Counted from the stretch's first letter, positions 19,548-28,978 are shown. The stretch is DNA of 64,000 nt from Cyanobacteria bacterium P01_A01_bin.15 (GCA_039814735.1 JBCCAQ010000001.1:5386-69385); one strand, 5' to 3'. A program made the numbers and translations. The notes: generated from the letters alone by a model not told the origin.

Positions 19548-20018
19548 CTACTGGATAACAAACGGGAATCCAGCAAATATTATATAAATAAGCGTGCCTG
19601 TGATTATTCCATAGCAGCAGGAGAGAAAGGCGTCAGTCACACGACTGTTGAAACGCCATGAGGCGGCGACTAGGGTAATGGAAAATAGCAGCTCTCCCAG
19701 GGGAAAGGCAAAACCGTACAGCGACTGGGCAAAGCCAAACAGGAAGATAGTCCAAACGGTAAAAACAAAATAAAGGTTGAAAACCGGCACCATCATTTGG
19801 CGGCGAGGGCGCAAAAATTTGGTGAACAACCTCAGGTAGGTCAGGGTGGCGAAGGGTAGAATAGCCGCCGCCAGGCTGCGGAAACCGGCACTGGCGCTAA
19901 TGCCAAAGGAAAATACGATAAATGTTGCCATATAGGCCAGCAATATGAAAAGCGCGATCGCAATCACCGCCGCGTGTACCCACATGCGAGAATCTTTGAA
20001 ACGGCGTTTAATGTTCAT
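19548..20018 (-). CDS. Hypothetical membrane protein
   Basis: 156 aa with about 5 hydrophobic segments. Confidence 0.65.
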   Translation of the reverse strand: MNIKRRFKDSRMWVHAAVIAIALFILLAYMATFIVFSFGISASAGFRSLAAAILPFATLTYLRLFTKFLRPRRQMMVPVFNLYFVFTVWTIFLFGFAQSLYGFAFPLGELLFSITLVAASWRFNSRVTDAFLSCCYGIITGTLIYIIFAGFPFVIQ

Positions 20019-20201
20019 ATATCTACCCAGTATTGCTAGCCATTAGACCATTGGTCTAGACTAGGCGATACCTGCAGAGAGAGCCTATATCCAGGGTTAG
20101 ATCTATGGGTCAGCAGGCTAGGAATATATCGGTAGATATAGGTTTATTCAGTCAGTTTCGCTTCAAATGTGATCATCCCATTATAGATAGCCGCGATCGC
20201 A

Positions 20202-20393
20202 ATGAACGCTAACCGCCCCGTACCCGCTTCTCATGTCTGCCCCTGTTGCTCAAGGGCGTTGGTCCAGCAGATCCATAGCAGCCGTCTAGGCTGGTACTGT
20301 CTGGCCTGTCGCCAGAACATGCCCAGCCTAGGAACGGTTACTCCCCAGGCCGTTATTCCGCAGGAGACAGCCACACCCCCGCTGCGAGACTAG
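20202..20393 (+). CDS. Small Zn-ribbon-like protein
   Basis: CPCCS...WYCLACRQNMP, two CxxC pairs as in a small cyanobacterial protein family. Confidence 0.6.
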   Translation: MNANRPVPASHVCPCCSRALVQQIHSSRLGWYCLACRQNMPSLGTVTPQAVIPQETATPPLRD

Positions 20394-20405
20394 ATATCCC
20401 AGCTC

Positions 20406-20590
20406 TCTATCCCTAGATAGATAGAACAAATGAACATGCCTAAAAAGAGAAATTATGTCTCTATCTTTAGACATAGACTGATGTAAAGAATATGAGCGGT
20501 TTGTTGTTATTTGGCAAATAGGCGTTACAAATATCATTCTCTCGCTAGATAACATTGCCCCCCTAATTCTATTACTCTACATAAGAGTGA
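20406..20590. promoter_or_regulatory. Cluster of four palindromic boxes
   Basis: TCTATC-CCTA-GATAGA 20406 (perfect arms); TCTATC-TTTA-GACATA 20460; TCTCTC-GCTA-GATAAC 20538; CTCTAC-ATAA-GAGTGA 20575 (21 bp to TAAGCT). Confidence 0.6.
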
Positions 20591-20706
20591 CAGGTATATC
20601 AGCAAAGCTCATAAGCTTGTTGCTCATTTGGACCCTGCTGAGACCGGCTCTAGCAACGCTGAACCTGTCCCACTAGGGTCTTTGTTGTATCTATCATCCG
20701 ATCCAC

Positions 20707-21066
20707 ATGTCCGAGCCGATGACGCCAGCTGTGCCTACGTTGGCCCAAATGACTGTCAAGGTGCTGGTGCCTTGTTTGCCTCACATTTTTGCAGCGGATA
20801 CTAATCCTGTATTCCACGATCCGACCCTCAACTCGCAGATGCTACCCGATATCTCCCAAACACAGCTGCAGGCGGGACAGCTACTTTGGCAGGAACTATG
20901 GCCGGATATATCCCGAGACTATGAAACGGTGACGGCGGTTCAAAAGGTTGCCCGTACCCCCAATAGCCCAGTGTGGAAATCGGTTTTTGAGCAGGGTCTG
21001 ATTACTATCCTTTCTAGAAATGAGACCCTGGCCCAGGACCTGGCGGAGAAGCTTCGTGCCCTGTGA
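20707..21066 (+). CDS. Hypothetical protein
   Basis: 119-aa ATG ORF followed by a terminator; helical LWQELWP pattern. Confidence 0.6.
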   Translation: MSEPMTPAVPTLAQMTVKVLVPCLPHIFAADTNPVFHDPTLNSQMLPDISQTQLQAGQLLWQELWPDISRDYETVTAVQKVARTPNSPVWKSVFEQGLITILSRNETLAQDLAEKLRAL

Positions 21067-21087
21067 ATTAATGGTTTTTTTAAAGAG

Positions 21088-21118
21088 AAAAGGGTTTAGC
21101 GGCTAGCTAAACCCTTTT
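21088..21118. terminator. Bidirectional intrinsic terminator
   Basis: AAAAGGGTTTAGC-GGCTA-GCTAAACCCTTTT. Confidence 0.8.
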
Positions 21119-21172
21119 AAGGTGTTGAGTTAATGAAACGCCGAATGAAACGTCGGTGGATGTCCTGGGACG

Positions 21173-21571
21173 CTAGTTAAACAGATCCTTAATGGAGTCA
21201 ACCAGGCCTTCGCCAGCATCCTCAGCGGTATCGCCCAGGTCTTCAGCGGCCTCTTGGGTGCGGCCGATGTCACTCTTTACTTTGCCAGTGACCTGATCAG
21301 CGGCACCTTCAACCTGGCCGGTTACTTTACCAATGCTGCGCTCAGCCTTACCCAAATCCTGCTGAACCTTACCTTCGATCTGGTTGCTGGTGCCTTCACC
21401 AATAACGTTGTCCACTTCGGTAGCGGCGCGAGACATGGCAATGTTAGCCGAGTCAGTGGGCATTGCGATCGCAGATGACACAGCCACCACGTTTAGCAAA
21501 GCAACAGCGGCTAGGCTCAGACACAGCGCCTTGGCAGTTTGTCTAAGCATTTGAGACAGTTTAGTAAACAT
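21173..21571 (-). CDS. CsbD-like protein with signal peptide
   Basis: Hydrophobic N-terminus, then NQIEGKVQQDLGKAE..IGKVTG..QVEGAADQVTGKVK; upstream box TCAGTC-CTAT-GGCAGA at 21626. Confidence 0.85.
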   Translation of the reverse strand: MFTKLSQMLRQTAKALCLSLAAVALLNVVAVSSAIAMPTDSANIAMSRAATEVDNVIGEGTSNQIEGKVQQDLGKAERSIGKVTGQVEGAADQVTGKVKSDIGRTQEAAEDLGDTAEDAGEGLVDSIKDLFN

Positions 21572-21692
21572 GGGTCTTTAGTTAAACGGACCCTACCAAT
21601 AAAGCCTGTAGCGACCGCTAATACATCAGTCCTATGGCAGATCTGGCCTATGGAGCAGGTATTAGCTAATTAATAGGCCCAAGCCACAAATA

Positions 21693-21708
21693 TCTATCTA
21701 AAGTATGT
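21693..21708 (+). promoter_or_regulatory. Palindromic box promoter
   Basis: TCTATC-TAAA-GTATGT; 22 bp, then TATATT. Confidence 0.6.
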
Positions 21709-21883
21709 ATTGCTCGCTCTTTATTAAGTTTATATTTGTATTAATTAAAACTTGCTTAAATAAAAGTCGGACTGCAATCTGATTCATTGCAATCTGACTT
21801 TTAAGAGAGTACGTTCATCGAACATGGCAACTCAGTCTGCTGGCTCGCCATATTCGGTTTTTCGTAATTTAGGAAACAACATT

Positions 21884-22279
21884 ATGAGTTCTACTGCACA
21901 ACAAACCGTCGGCCAACTTGAGCGAGAGCTATCTCAGCGGTTGCAGGCGCTGTACCGCGAGCAGCTAGGACAGCGGCCAAGTAAGGCGACCTGTCAGATG
22001 TTTGACTCAAAAATTGCTATTGTGTTGGAGGGGTCTGTCACGCAGCCTGAGCAGCTTCTGGCTGAAGAAGGCCAAAGGGATCTAGCGGAGAGGGTGCGTG
22101 CCGATCTGGGTCAGGCCATGCGTCCGCAGATTAGACAGCTAATTGAAGAAGTTATGCAGGTCGAAGTCCTGGATCTGCTGAGCGATGCGGTGCTAGACAC
22201 GGGGCGGACCGGAATTATCGCGATTTTATCTAATACGCCAACGGTGCGTAACCCTGAGGCTATTCCAAAAGTTAAGTAG
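21884..22279 (+). CDS. DUF2294 (MpsC-like) protein
   Basis: GQLERELSQRLQALYREQLGQRPSKATC..., DLLSD..LDTGRTGIIAIL; AGGA before ATG 21884. Confidence 0.88.
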   Translation: MSSTAQQTVGQLERELSQRLQALYREQLGQRPSKATCQMFDSKIAIVLEGSVTQPEQLLAEEGQRDLAERVRADLGQAMRPQIRQLIEEVMQVEVLDLLSDAVLDTGRTGIIAILSNTPTVRNPEAIPKVK

Positions 22280-22569
22280 TAAAGCCAGCCGTGGAAGAAA
22301 TTGGGGTCATTGGGCCTGGGACCAACGTTTTTGTTTTGGCAATAAAAGATCCTGACCCTAGGGCTGATGGCCAAAGATGCAGGAGTCAGTACCTTAATTG
22401 TATGAAGGCTTCTTCCATCTGTCACCGAATCCTGGCACAGTAGTAGCGTTTTGCTTTGTAGGCGTTAGCCGTACTTTAGAAAGAAAATAAAACTGTTGGT
22501 GGTAACCGGTTTCTCATCGGCTGGCGGTATTTAAAAGTCTTCTGTTTAAAATGTGGTTTAAAAGCACAA

Positions 22570-22941
22570 ATGAAAGAAAAAGCTCGGAACGGCTCAGCTG
22601 CTATCCAAGGAAATTCTCCTTTCACGGTCTCTTCCCTGGAAGAAGACCTTGAGCAGTTGGTCTATCAGGCCATTGGTCAGTATCCTACGGATGTTACCTG
22701 TACGTTTATTGGTAAATCCGATCTGGCAGTACTGATTGAGAATATAGAGACCCCGCTGGAAAAGTTTTTACTGCAGCAGGGCCGCGTGGAAACTGCACGA
22801 GACTATCGTCGGGGCCTGCATCGTGCTATCGGCCAGCGGGTACGACAGCTAGTGGAAGAAAAGATAGACCGCTCGGTAGGCGAAGTATTGACCGATCGTC
22901 AGACCAAAACAAGCTGGATGGGTATGTTTTTCCTGCTCTAA
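22570..22941 (+). CDS. DUF2294 (MpsC-like) protein, divergent
   Basis: IGQYPTDVTCTF...LAVLIE.IETPLEKFLL..G....RDYR. Confidence 0.75.
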   Translation: MKEKARNGSAAIQGNSPFTVSSLEEDLEQLVYQAIGQYPTDVTCTFIGKSDLAVLIENIETPLEKFLLQQGRVETARDYRRGLHRAIGQRVRQLVEEKIDRSVGEVLTDRQTKTSWMGMFFLL

Positions 22942-22963
22942 CCGAAGGAAGCTGAGACGCGGT

Positions 22964-23443
22964 TTACGTGTCTCTACAGCTGTTTCTATAGTCAGCATCG
23001 TTCTTTATGGGGTGTTTCAGAGCCGGGGCTAAGTATCGTTCTACCGCCGCACCTAGCTCGTCGAGCATATATGGCTTTGACAGATATTCCGTAAAGCCAG
23101 CTGCCAATATTTTTGCCTGGTCCACGGGTCTTGCCAGTGCCGTCACAGCAATAATGGGAGTGTGCCGCATCTTCAACCGCTTCCTAATGTGACGGATTAC
23201 GACCGTGCCATTCATGTCTGGAAGCAGCACATCTAGCAGTATTAGGTTCGGAGCGTGCCTTGTGGCCAGATCAATAGCCTCTTGCCCAGAACGACCCTGA
23301 ACGGTGAAATATCCTAAATCCTCTAAGGCATAGCTGAGGAGAAGCAAATTATCATCATCGTCATCAACGATCAGAATGATAGGCTGCCTCAAAGACGAAG
23401 AGCCATTTAGCCGACCAATCCCATTCGAAGACGTTGAACCCAT
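22964..23443 (-). CDS. Single-domain CheY/DivK-like response regulator
   Basis: ILIVDDDDDN, PNLILLDVLLPDMNG, AVTALA, YLSKPY. Confidence 0.92.
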   Translation of the reverse strand: MGSTSSNGIGRLNGSSSLRQPIILIVDDDDDNLLLLSYALEDLGYFTVQGRSGQEAIDLATRHAPNLILLDVLLPDMNGTVVIRHIRKRLKMRHTPIIAVTALARPVDQAKILAAGFTEYLSKPYMLDELGAAVERYLAPALKHPIKNDADYRNSCRDT

Positions 23444-23742
23444 AGCGATCGCAAATTTGTGGTTGCAAGAATGCTATGAGGCTGCCATCAAACGGTTAAA
23501 GGCTTGACTCAACTGGCTCAAAGACTAGTTTGGAGAGCAATACCGTAGTCCCACTGAGGAGTACGGCCATCCATGGGACAGTTGACCAATGAAATTGCTG
23601 TATCCTCAGCATAGACGGTAGAACCATAAAATGATCCGTAATTAATAAATTGCTTTGTAAAGAAAAGTAATCCGCTAGGCTGATTTGGCGCTGGTCTTTT
23701 CCCCAGACTCCGATATTAAGACAGCCAGCCAGGGTATATTCT

Positions 23743-23758
23743 TCTCTCTTTTGAGTGA
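23743..23758 (+). promoter_or_regulatory. Palindromic box promoter
   Basis: TCTCTC-TTTT-GAGTGA; 22 bp, then TATATT. Confidence 0.7.
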
Positions 23759-23910
23759 TGTGTTTAAGTTAACAAGTCTTTATATTAGAGATAAGTGATA
23801 CAACAGACCTGGCTTGAACTTAGCTAACTTTCGAGGTCTGCCCTATCCCACGGAGCAAGCTGATTACAGCCCAAGCCCCGTGTATGTTTAACAGAATTTT
23901 GGAGAATTGA

Positions 23911-24699
23911 ATGACTATTCAGCTGAAAGAGGATGTTGCCTATATTTTACTTGAGAAGATTAGTAAACAGGCCGCCTCTGCCAATGGGCCGACGCAGCTT
24001 ACAGTAGCTGATTTTGCTGGTCGCGGTACCGACGAGACCGAGATCCTCGCCCATATCGACTATCTCAACCAAAAAGGGTACCTGGAGGCCAGCTTTTCTG
24101 GCGATGCCTATGCGGGCAAGGGACCCAATCCGCTGCCCGCTGCCATTGAGCTAGCCGCTGTTCAGCTTACCGATAGCGGTCGCCAGCTGCTGCAGCGAAT
24201 GCAGGAAAATCCGCCAGCATCCCTGCGCACAGGACCGAGCACCCTTGTTGCCACTAAAGACATGGCCTTTCTAAAAAAGGTAATGCTCAGGGGTAACTTA
24301 GAAGATATCTACGACGCTCGTGACCTAACGGAGCTGGTCTTTCGCACCATGCGAGATCTGATGACAACGGAAGCCTCCCACAACGTGGCCGAAGACCTAA
24401 CTGGTGCAGTACTTCCTAGCACGAGCAAAGAAGCCCTACAGGAGGATATCTCGGAGCTATGGAAAGATACCAACCCCTTGGTGCATTTCCTCAGTGAGCT
24501 GCGTCCACCCCTAAGCTTTAATGCCGACACGTTCTTGTTTCGCATTGAGCAGGAAGGAAGTATTCCCAAGACATCCGGCCCCAAAACAGTTGTTAAGGCC
24601 GTATTTGCCGCCACAAAAGATGAGCTTCCCAAGGAGCGAATCCAAGAGATCGCCAAATTTTTGCCCGGTGAGATTTTAGAACTGTGGCAGGAGGCCTAG
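23911..24699 (+). CDS. DUF2267-domain protein with an extra N-terminal winged-helix-like domain
   Basis: C-terminal FLKKVM...DARDLTELVFRTMRDLM...VVKAVFAATKDEL...IAKFLPGEILELW; N-terminal HIDYLNQKGYL...LTDSG. Confidence 0.75.
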   Translation: MTIQLKEDVAYILLEKISKQAASANGPTQLTVADFAGRGTDETEILAHIDYLNQKGYLEASFSGDAYAGKGPNPLPAAIELAAVQLTDSGRQLLQRMQENPPASLRTGPSTLVATKDMAFLKKVMLRGNLEDIYDARDLTELVFRTMRDLMTTEASHNVAEDLTGAVLPSTSKEALQEDISELWKDTNPLVHFLSELRPPLSFNADTFLFRIEQEGSIPKTSGPKTVVKAVFAATKDELPKERIQEIAKFLPGEILELWQEA

Positions 24700-24781
24700 G
24701 AGCCTACCTGAGAATGATCGGTGTTGGGCTAGGCACATGCCAGCCCATGGCCCAGCCATAACATGGATAAAGGAGACAAAA

Positions 24782-25036
24782 ATGAGTAAGAGCGTTGATG
24801 CTGTTAATCCTGGTGACCGGATCGATCCGTCTGCTTCCTTGGAAGAAAAGCGGGAACAGGTTGCGGTCGAATATGACGATGTGACGCTGCACACCAATAC
24901 GGTGCCTACCTACTTTATGGTAGAGGGCGAAGAGGGTAATGAGAAAGCCCTGCACCATATTGAAGATGCTGAGGAAATCTCAGACGTAGTTCGCCAGGCG
25001 CGTATGAGTAAAGATGGCGATCGCACCTGGAAATAG
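24782..25036 (+). CDS. Small acidic hypothetical protein
   Basis: AAGGAG RBS before ATG 24782; 84 aa; hairpin downstream at about 25071-25104. Confidence 0.7.
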   Translation: MSKSVDAVNPGDRIDPSASLEEKREQVAVEYDDVTLHTNTVPTYFMVEGEEGNEKALHHIEDAEEISDVVRQARMSKDGDRTWK

Positions 25037-25212
25037 ATTCAGGCTCTCTGCCAAACTGTATCCTAACCAAAAGAGTCTGCCTTGCAAGCGCGAGGCAGAC
25101 TCTTGTTTGAATCTGGCAGGGTTAGAGCTACACACAGATGACTAAACAAAAAAAGTCCGCAGCTCGAAAGCTGCGGACCGGTAAGTCCATAAATTAAATG
25201 TTGATTGCTTGA

Positions 25213-25614
25213 CTAGGTGTTGCGGCCCTCGGTTTGGCCACCAGCCTCTCTCCATGCTGGTAGACCGCCCTTGATGACTGCAATGCGCTCAAAGCCTGCG
25301 GTGTGAAGCTGCGTGGCGGCTCTCGCTGTGGCTTCATCGGTGTCGCCATATACGTATATATCTCGCTCCGCTTCAAGGGTTTGACCAGCCTGGGCCGCTA
25401 GCTTTTCGATGGGAAGTGAGATAGCCCCCATGATGCGCTCATTATTGAAACTATCGCGATCGCGAACGTCAATAATGGTAAGGGCAGGTTCACCCCAGTC
25501 TAAGCGGGCTTTGAGATCGGTTGCCGATGCGATGTTGTCAAATGTTGCTGGAGCAGGGCTAACCTCAGCTGCAATCTCTTGTACGGATTCGACGGCGTCA
25601 ACAATGCCTGACAT
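25213..25614 (-). CDS. Rhodanese-like domain protein lacking the catalytic Cys
   Basis: LDWGEPALTIIDVRDR..FN..RI.GA, IYVYGD (G where C is usual), KGGLPAW. Confidence 0.88.
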   Translation of the reverse strand: MSGIVDAVESVQEIAAEVSPAPATFDNIASATDLKARLDWGEPALTIIDVRDRDSFNNERIMGAISLPIEKLAAQAGQTLEAERDIYVYGDTDEATARAATQLHTAGFERIAVIKGGLPAWREAGGQTEGRNT

Positions 25615-25652
25615 AAAAAACTCCTTGGACGGTTACTACTTTAGTTAACAAG

Positions 25653-25704
25653 GCCCATCGGATCAAAACATCTTTCCTTTGGAGGAGGTTTTGATCCGAT
25701 GGGC
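25653..25704. repeat. 17-bp perfect inverted repeat with a palindromic box centred in its loop
   Basis: GCCCATCGGATCAAAAC [A TCTTTC-CTTT-GGAGGA G] GTTTTGATCCGATGGGC. Confidence 0.8.
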
Positions 25705-25725
25705 TAAGCTCAGTGGTTTTAGACG

Positions 25726-25944
25726 TTAGCTCTGGGTAGAGTCTGGATTTAGCTCCCAGCGATTTTCATCGCGCTCATCCAGAACTCGCTTGATTCCTGC
25801 TGCTGTTTCGGGCTTCAGCTCTACACCCGCTTGAGCTGCCATGGCATCTACCGTATCCTGCTCAGGGTTGGGTTCCACATTGCCTGCAAATGCGCCCTGA
25901 CCGTCGGTAGACTGCTGTTTGGGTAGGCTATTGGTATTTTCCAT
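25726..25944 (-). CDS. Small acidic hypothetical protein
   Basis: 72 aa, PEQDTVDAMAAQAGVE...LDERDENRWELNPDS; box TCTGTA-GAAA-GAAAGA at 26006, 23 bp to TAGATT. Confidence 0.75.
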   Translation of the reverse strand: MENTNSLPKQQSTDGQGAFAGNVEPNPEQDTVDAMAAQAGVELKPETAAGIKRVLDERDENRWELNPDSTQS

Positions 25945-26134
25945 TGCGTCTTTAACTTTTGTCTTTTGCTACCCATAATCTAGTCAACTGCCCAGTTGCA
26001 AAACCTCTGTAGAAAGAAAGACTTTTGCCTGGTAGCGGGTCTGATTTATATCTTTAGTAAGACCTGGGGATAGGTGGGTCTTCGCTATTGTGTAGGTGCT
26101 ATGGCGTTAGCCTACTAAACCACGAAGGGATTAC

Positions 26135-26935
26135 ATGAAAGGACTCAAGGGTAAACATGTACTAGTTACAGGGGCTAGTTCGGGCATTGGTAGGGCAATT
26201 GCCATCCGCTTTGCTCAAGAGGGGGCTGACGTTGCGATTAACTACTATTCAGATAAAGAAGACGCTATTGAAACCAAGGAGAATATCACCGCAGCCTGTC
26301 AATCCATTGAAGGCTGCGGTGCGCGCTCTTTAGTGGTGCAGGCGGATGTTTCCAAAGATGGGGACGTAGACCGCATGTTTGAAACCACCCTCGACAAGTT
26401 TGGCGGTCTAGATATTTTGATCAACAATGCGGGCATGCAGATATCTGGTCCCTCCCATGAGATCGCCATTGAAAAAGTTGACCGGATGATTGCCATCAAC
26501 TTGAGGGGAGCCTACCTTTGTGCCCGTAAGGCTATTCAACATTTCCTAGCAGAGCAAAAGCCAGGGATTGTATTGAATACATCCAGCGTCCATGAGATTA
26601 TTCCTCGTCCCCAGTATGTGGGTTACAGCATTAGCAAAGGGGGAATGGAAAATATGACCCGTACCCTAGCGCTTGAATATGCCAAATGCGGTATTCGCGT
26701 AAATGCCATTGGCCCCGGCGCAACGGCAACACCCATTAACGACTGGGCCACCGATCCTGAAGCCAAAGCCGAAGTGGAAAAACATATTCCCATGAGACGG
26801 GCGGGAACCCCGGAGGAAATGGCTGCGGTAACAGCTTTTCTAGCGTCTGACGATGCCTCTTATATCACCGGGCAAACGCTGTTTGTAGACGGTGGTTTGA
26901 CACTTTATCCGTCATTCCAAGAGCAGTGGACTTAG
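26135..26935 (+). CDS. Glucose 1-dehydrogenase-like SDR
   Basis: TGASSGIG, INNAG, SSVHE.IP.P, YSISK, PGATATPIN; box TATATC-TTTA-GTAAGA at 26047, 23 bp to TATTGT. Confidence 0.88.
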   Translation: MKGLKGKHVLVTGASSGIGRAIAIRFAQEGADVAINYYSDKEDAIETKENITAACQSIEGCGARSLVVQADVSKDGDVDRMFETTLDKFGGLDILINNAGMQISGPSHEIAIEKVDRMIAINLRGAYLCARKAIQHFLAEQKPGIVLNTSSVHEIIPRPQYVGYSISKGGMENMTRTLALEYAKCGIRVNAIGPGATATPINDWATDPEAKAEVEKHIPMRRAGTPEEMAAVTAFLASDDASYITGQTLFVDGGLTLYPSFQEQWT

Positions 26936-27073
26936 GTTGGCAATGTGAGATATCGAGGTCCCCTTTTTCCTGACTCTAGGGGCCTGAGGGCAGATTCTGA
27001 GATGTTTAATGGTTTGTTCATTGCTTATAAAAGATTGAACTGACCTACTTATTACTTAAAAGGAGCACCCGTC

Positions 27074-27331
27074 GTGGCCCGCATAAAGGATACGTTTTTG
27101 AGGAGGCTGTTGCATAGCTATAGCCGCTATATTTTACTCATAGTAGTTGGCAGCTCTACGCTACTGCTTTCCTTTGACTGGAGCGCTGAGACATCATTGT
27201 TGTCAGCGGCTGGGCTGGGCGTGCTGATAGAGCTGCTTCTGAGCAGAATGAAGCCTACTCAAAAGCTTGATGTTGGTGACGAAATGCCTGCAGAAACCCC
27301 TGTAGGTGCGGTAACGCCCTGGGCAGAGTAA
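27074..27331 (+). CDS. Hypothetical small membrane protein
   Basis: AAGGAG RBS, GTG start, two hydrophobic segments; stop overlaps the next ATG (TAATG). Confidence 0.55.
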   Translation: MARIKDTFLRRLLHSYSRYILLIVVGSSTLLLSFDWSAETSLLSAAGLGVLIELLLSRMKPTQKLDVGDEMPAETPVGAVTPWAE

Positions 27332-27801
27332 TGATTCGATCCTGGATGGTGATTGGTGGGCTGACGTTTGCGATCGCGCTGCTAGCCAATGCTATACGCC
27401 CCGCAGATGTCAGGTGGTTTCGACGACTGAAGCGACCCCGGTGGCTGACCTTTGAAGCCATCATACCGCTGGTTTGGACAGTTGTTTTTATCTGCGGTGG
27501 CTGGTCCGCCTATATTATTTGGGAGCGGAGTCAGTCGTGGGCAACTATGGTTGGCTACATCGTTTTGGAGCTGCTTATTGTCGCCTATACCCCAGCTACC
27601 CTATGGTCCCATAGCCTAAAGCTGGGTGCCTATCTAGGAGCCGCTGGGACTATATTGGGTCTGGCACTTGCCATCGGAGTGTCACAACTTTCAGGATGGG
27701 CCGCTGTTTTATTAATCCCCTATCTGCTGTGGAGTCCTACCGGCACCTGGATTACATGGCGGATGCACCGTATAAATTTAAATAAAAACGAATCTACCTA
27801 G
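27331..27801 (+). CDS. tspO: TspO/MBR family tryptophan-rich sensory protein
   Basis: WFRRLKRPRWL...IPLVWT..., LLIPYLLW; Trp-rich, 5 TM. Confidence 0.85.
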   Translation: MIRSWMVIGGLTFAIALLANAIRPADVRWFRRLKRPRWLTFEAIIPLVWTVVFICGGWSAYIIWERSQSWATMVGYIVLELLIVAYTPATLWSHSLKLGAYLGAAGTILGLALAIGVSQLSGWAAVLLIPYLLWSPTGTWITWRMHRINLNKNEST

Positions 27802-28978
27802 CTTCAAGTCTTGTGGGACCCACATTGTCTTCACGAATCTCTTTAGAACTTCCCGGAGCTATTTCGTAAAATTCTACTGGAATAATTCTAATATCTAAAC
27901 CAATGGGCCGCTGCAGCTGCGCTTCTAAAAAAGCATGCACCAGCTGGGTTTGGTTGTCGGAAATCGAAGCAGTGGGCGCAGCTACCTCTAAGGAGACGCG
28001 CAGTGCCTCTCCTTCGGCATCCACCTGCAGCCGTCGAATATCGGTCTGGCTAAAGGTAACGGTGCGTCGTCGAATCAGGTTGCTGACCAAGCTACGGGTT
28101 TTGGCCTCTACTACCAGTTCTTTTAATGAAAAACCAAGGGGAATCGCCAGCCCTGTCAGGGTAAATGCGGCTACCACCAGGCCCCCTTTAGCACGGGTGA
28201 GAGATCCGTATTCTTGCCAAACAAAAAGCAACACTCCGCTAAAGATAATTCCCACTAAGTTTGTTGCAAACAAAATGGTTGAACCAAACGTTACCGTGTT
28301 GGACGGTAGGGCAAGACCGATGCCAATAACGCTCAAGGGAGGGACCAGGGCCACTGCGATCGCTACCCCCGGTAGAGCATCGGCAACGCCCCGTCGAGTT
28401 TTAGCAAAAGCCCCAGCAGCCCCAGCGGCCAAAGCAATAACAAGATCAATCAGCGTGGGTTGAATCCGAGATGTGATCTCTGGATTTAAGTTGTTTAAGT
28501 CAAAAATAGAAGCAAAAACATAGGCTGTTACCACCGTTAGCAGACAGCCAAGCGATAGTGATACGCCTGAGCGCTTAAGTAAGCGCCGGTTTCCCACCGA
28601 TAGGGCAAAGGCGATACCCGTAATCGGTCCCATCAGGGGAGCCACAATCATCGCGCCGATAATGGTGGCCGTGCTACCGGCTAGGAGTCCCATCGTGGAA
28701 ATAACCCCCGATAGGAAAAGCAGCGTCAGATACTCACCCGAAGGCTCAGCGCTACGCCACAGGCTACGATTGAGAGCCTTTAGCGATAGAGGTTTTCCCT
28801 CTAGCCAGTGCCAGTCACCGCTGTTTATACTCCAAATCGCCGACAGCCGTCGATAGGTTCGTATGATCGGTACATGAATAGCCTTTGGCGAATAGTGTCG
28901 TAATAAAGCAAAAGGCGAACGCCGCTTAAAGGTCGTTTTTTTAGCTACTTTACTGGGCGGTGGCTTTTTATTTGTCAT
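27794..28978 (-). CDS. DUF389 (TIGR00341-like) membrane protein
   Basis: IIGAMIVAPLMGPI, DLVIALAAGAAGA, LPGVAIAVALVPPL. Confidence 0.9.
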   Translation of the reverse strand: MTNKKPPPSKVAKKTTFKRRSPFALLRHYSPKAIHVPIIRTYRRLSAIWSINSGDWHWLEGKPLSLKALNRSLWRSAEPSGEYLTLLFLSGVISTMGLLAGSTATIIGAMIVAPLMGPITGIAFALSVGNRRLLKRSGVSLSLGCLLTVVTAYVFASIFDLNNLNPEITSRIQPTLIDLVIALAAGAAGAFAKTRRGVADALPGVAIAVALVPPLSVIGIGLALPSNTVTFGSTILFATNLVGIIFSGVLLFVWQEYGSLTRAKGGLVVAAFTLTGLAIPLGFSLKELVVEAKTRSLVSNLIRRRTVTFSQTDIRRLQVDAEGEALRVSLEVAAPTASISDNQTQLVHAFLEAQLQRPIGLDIRIIPVEFYEIAPGSSKEIREDNVGPTRLEAR

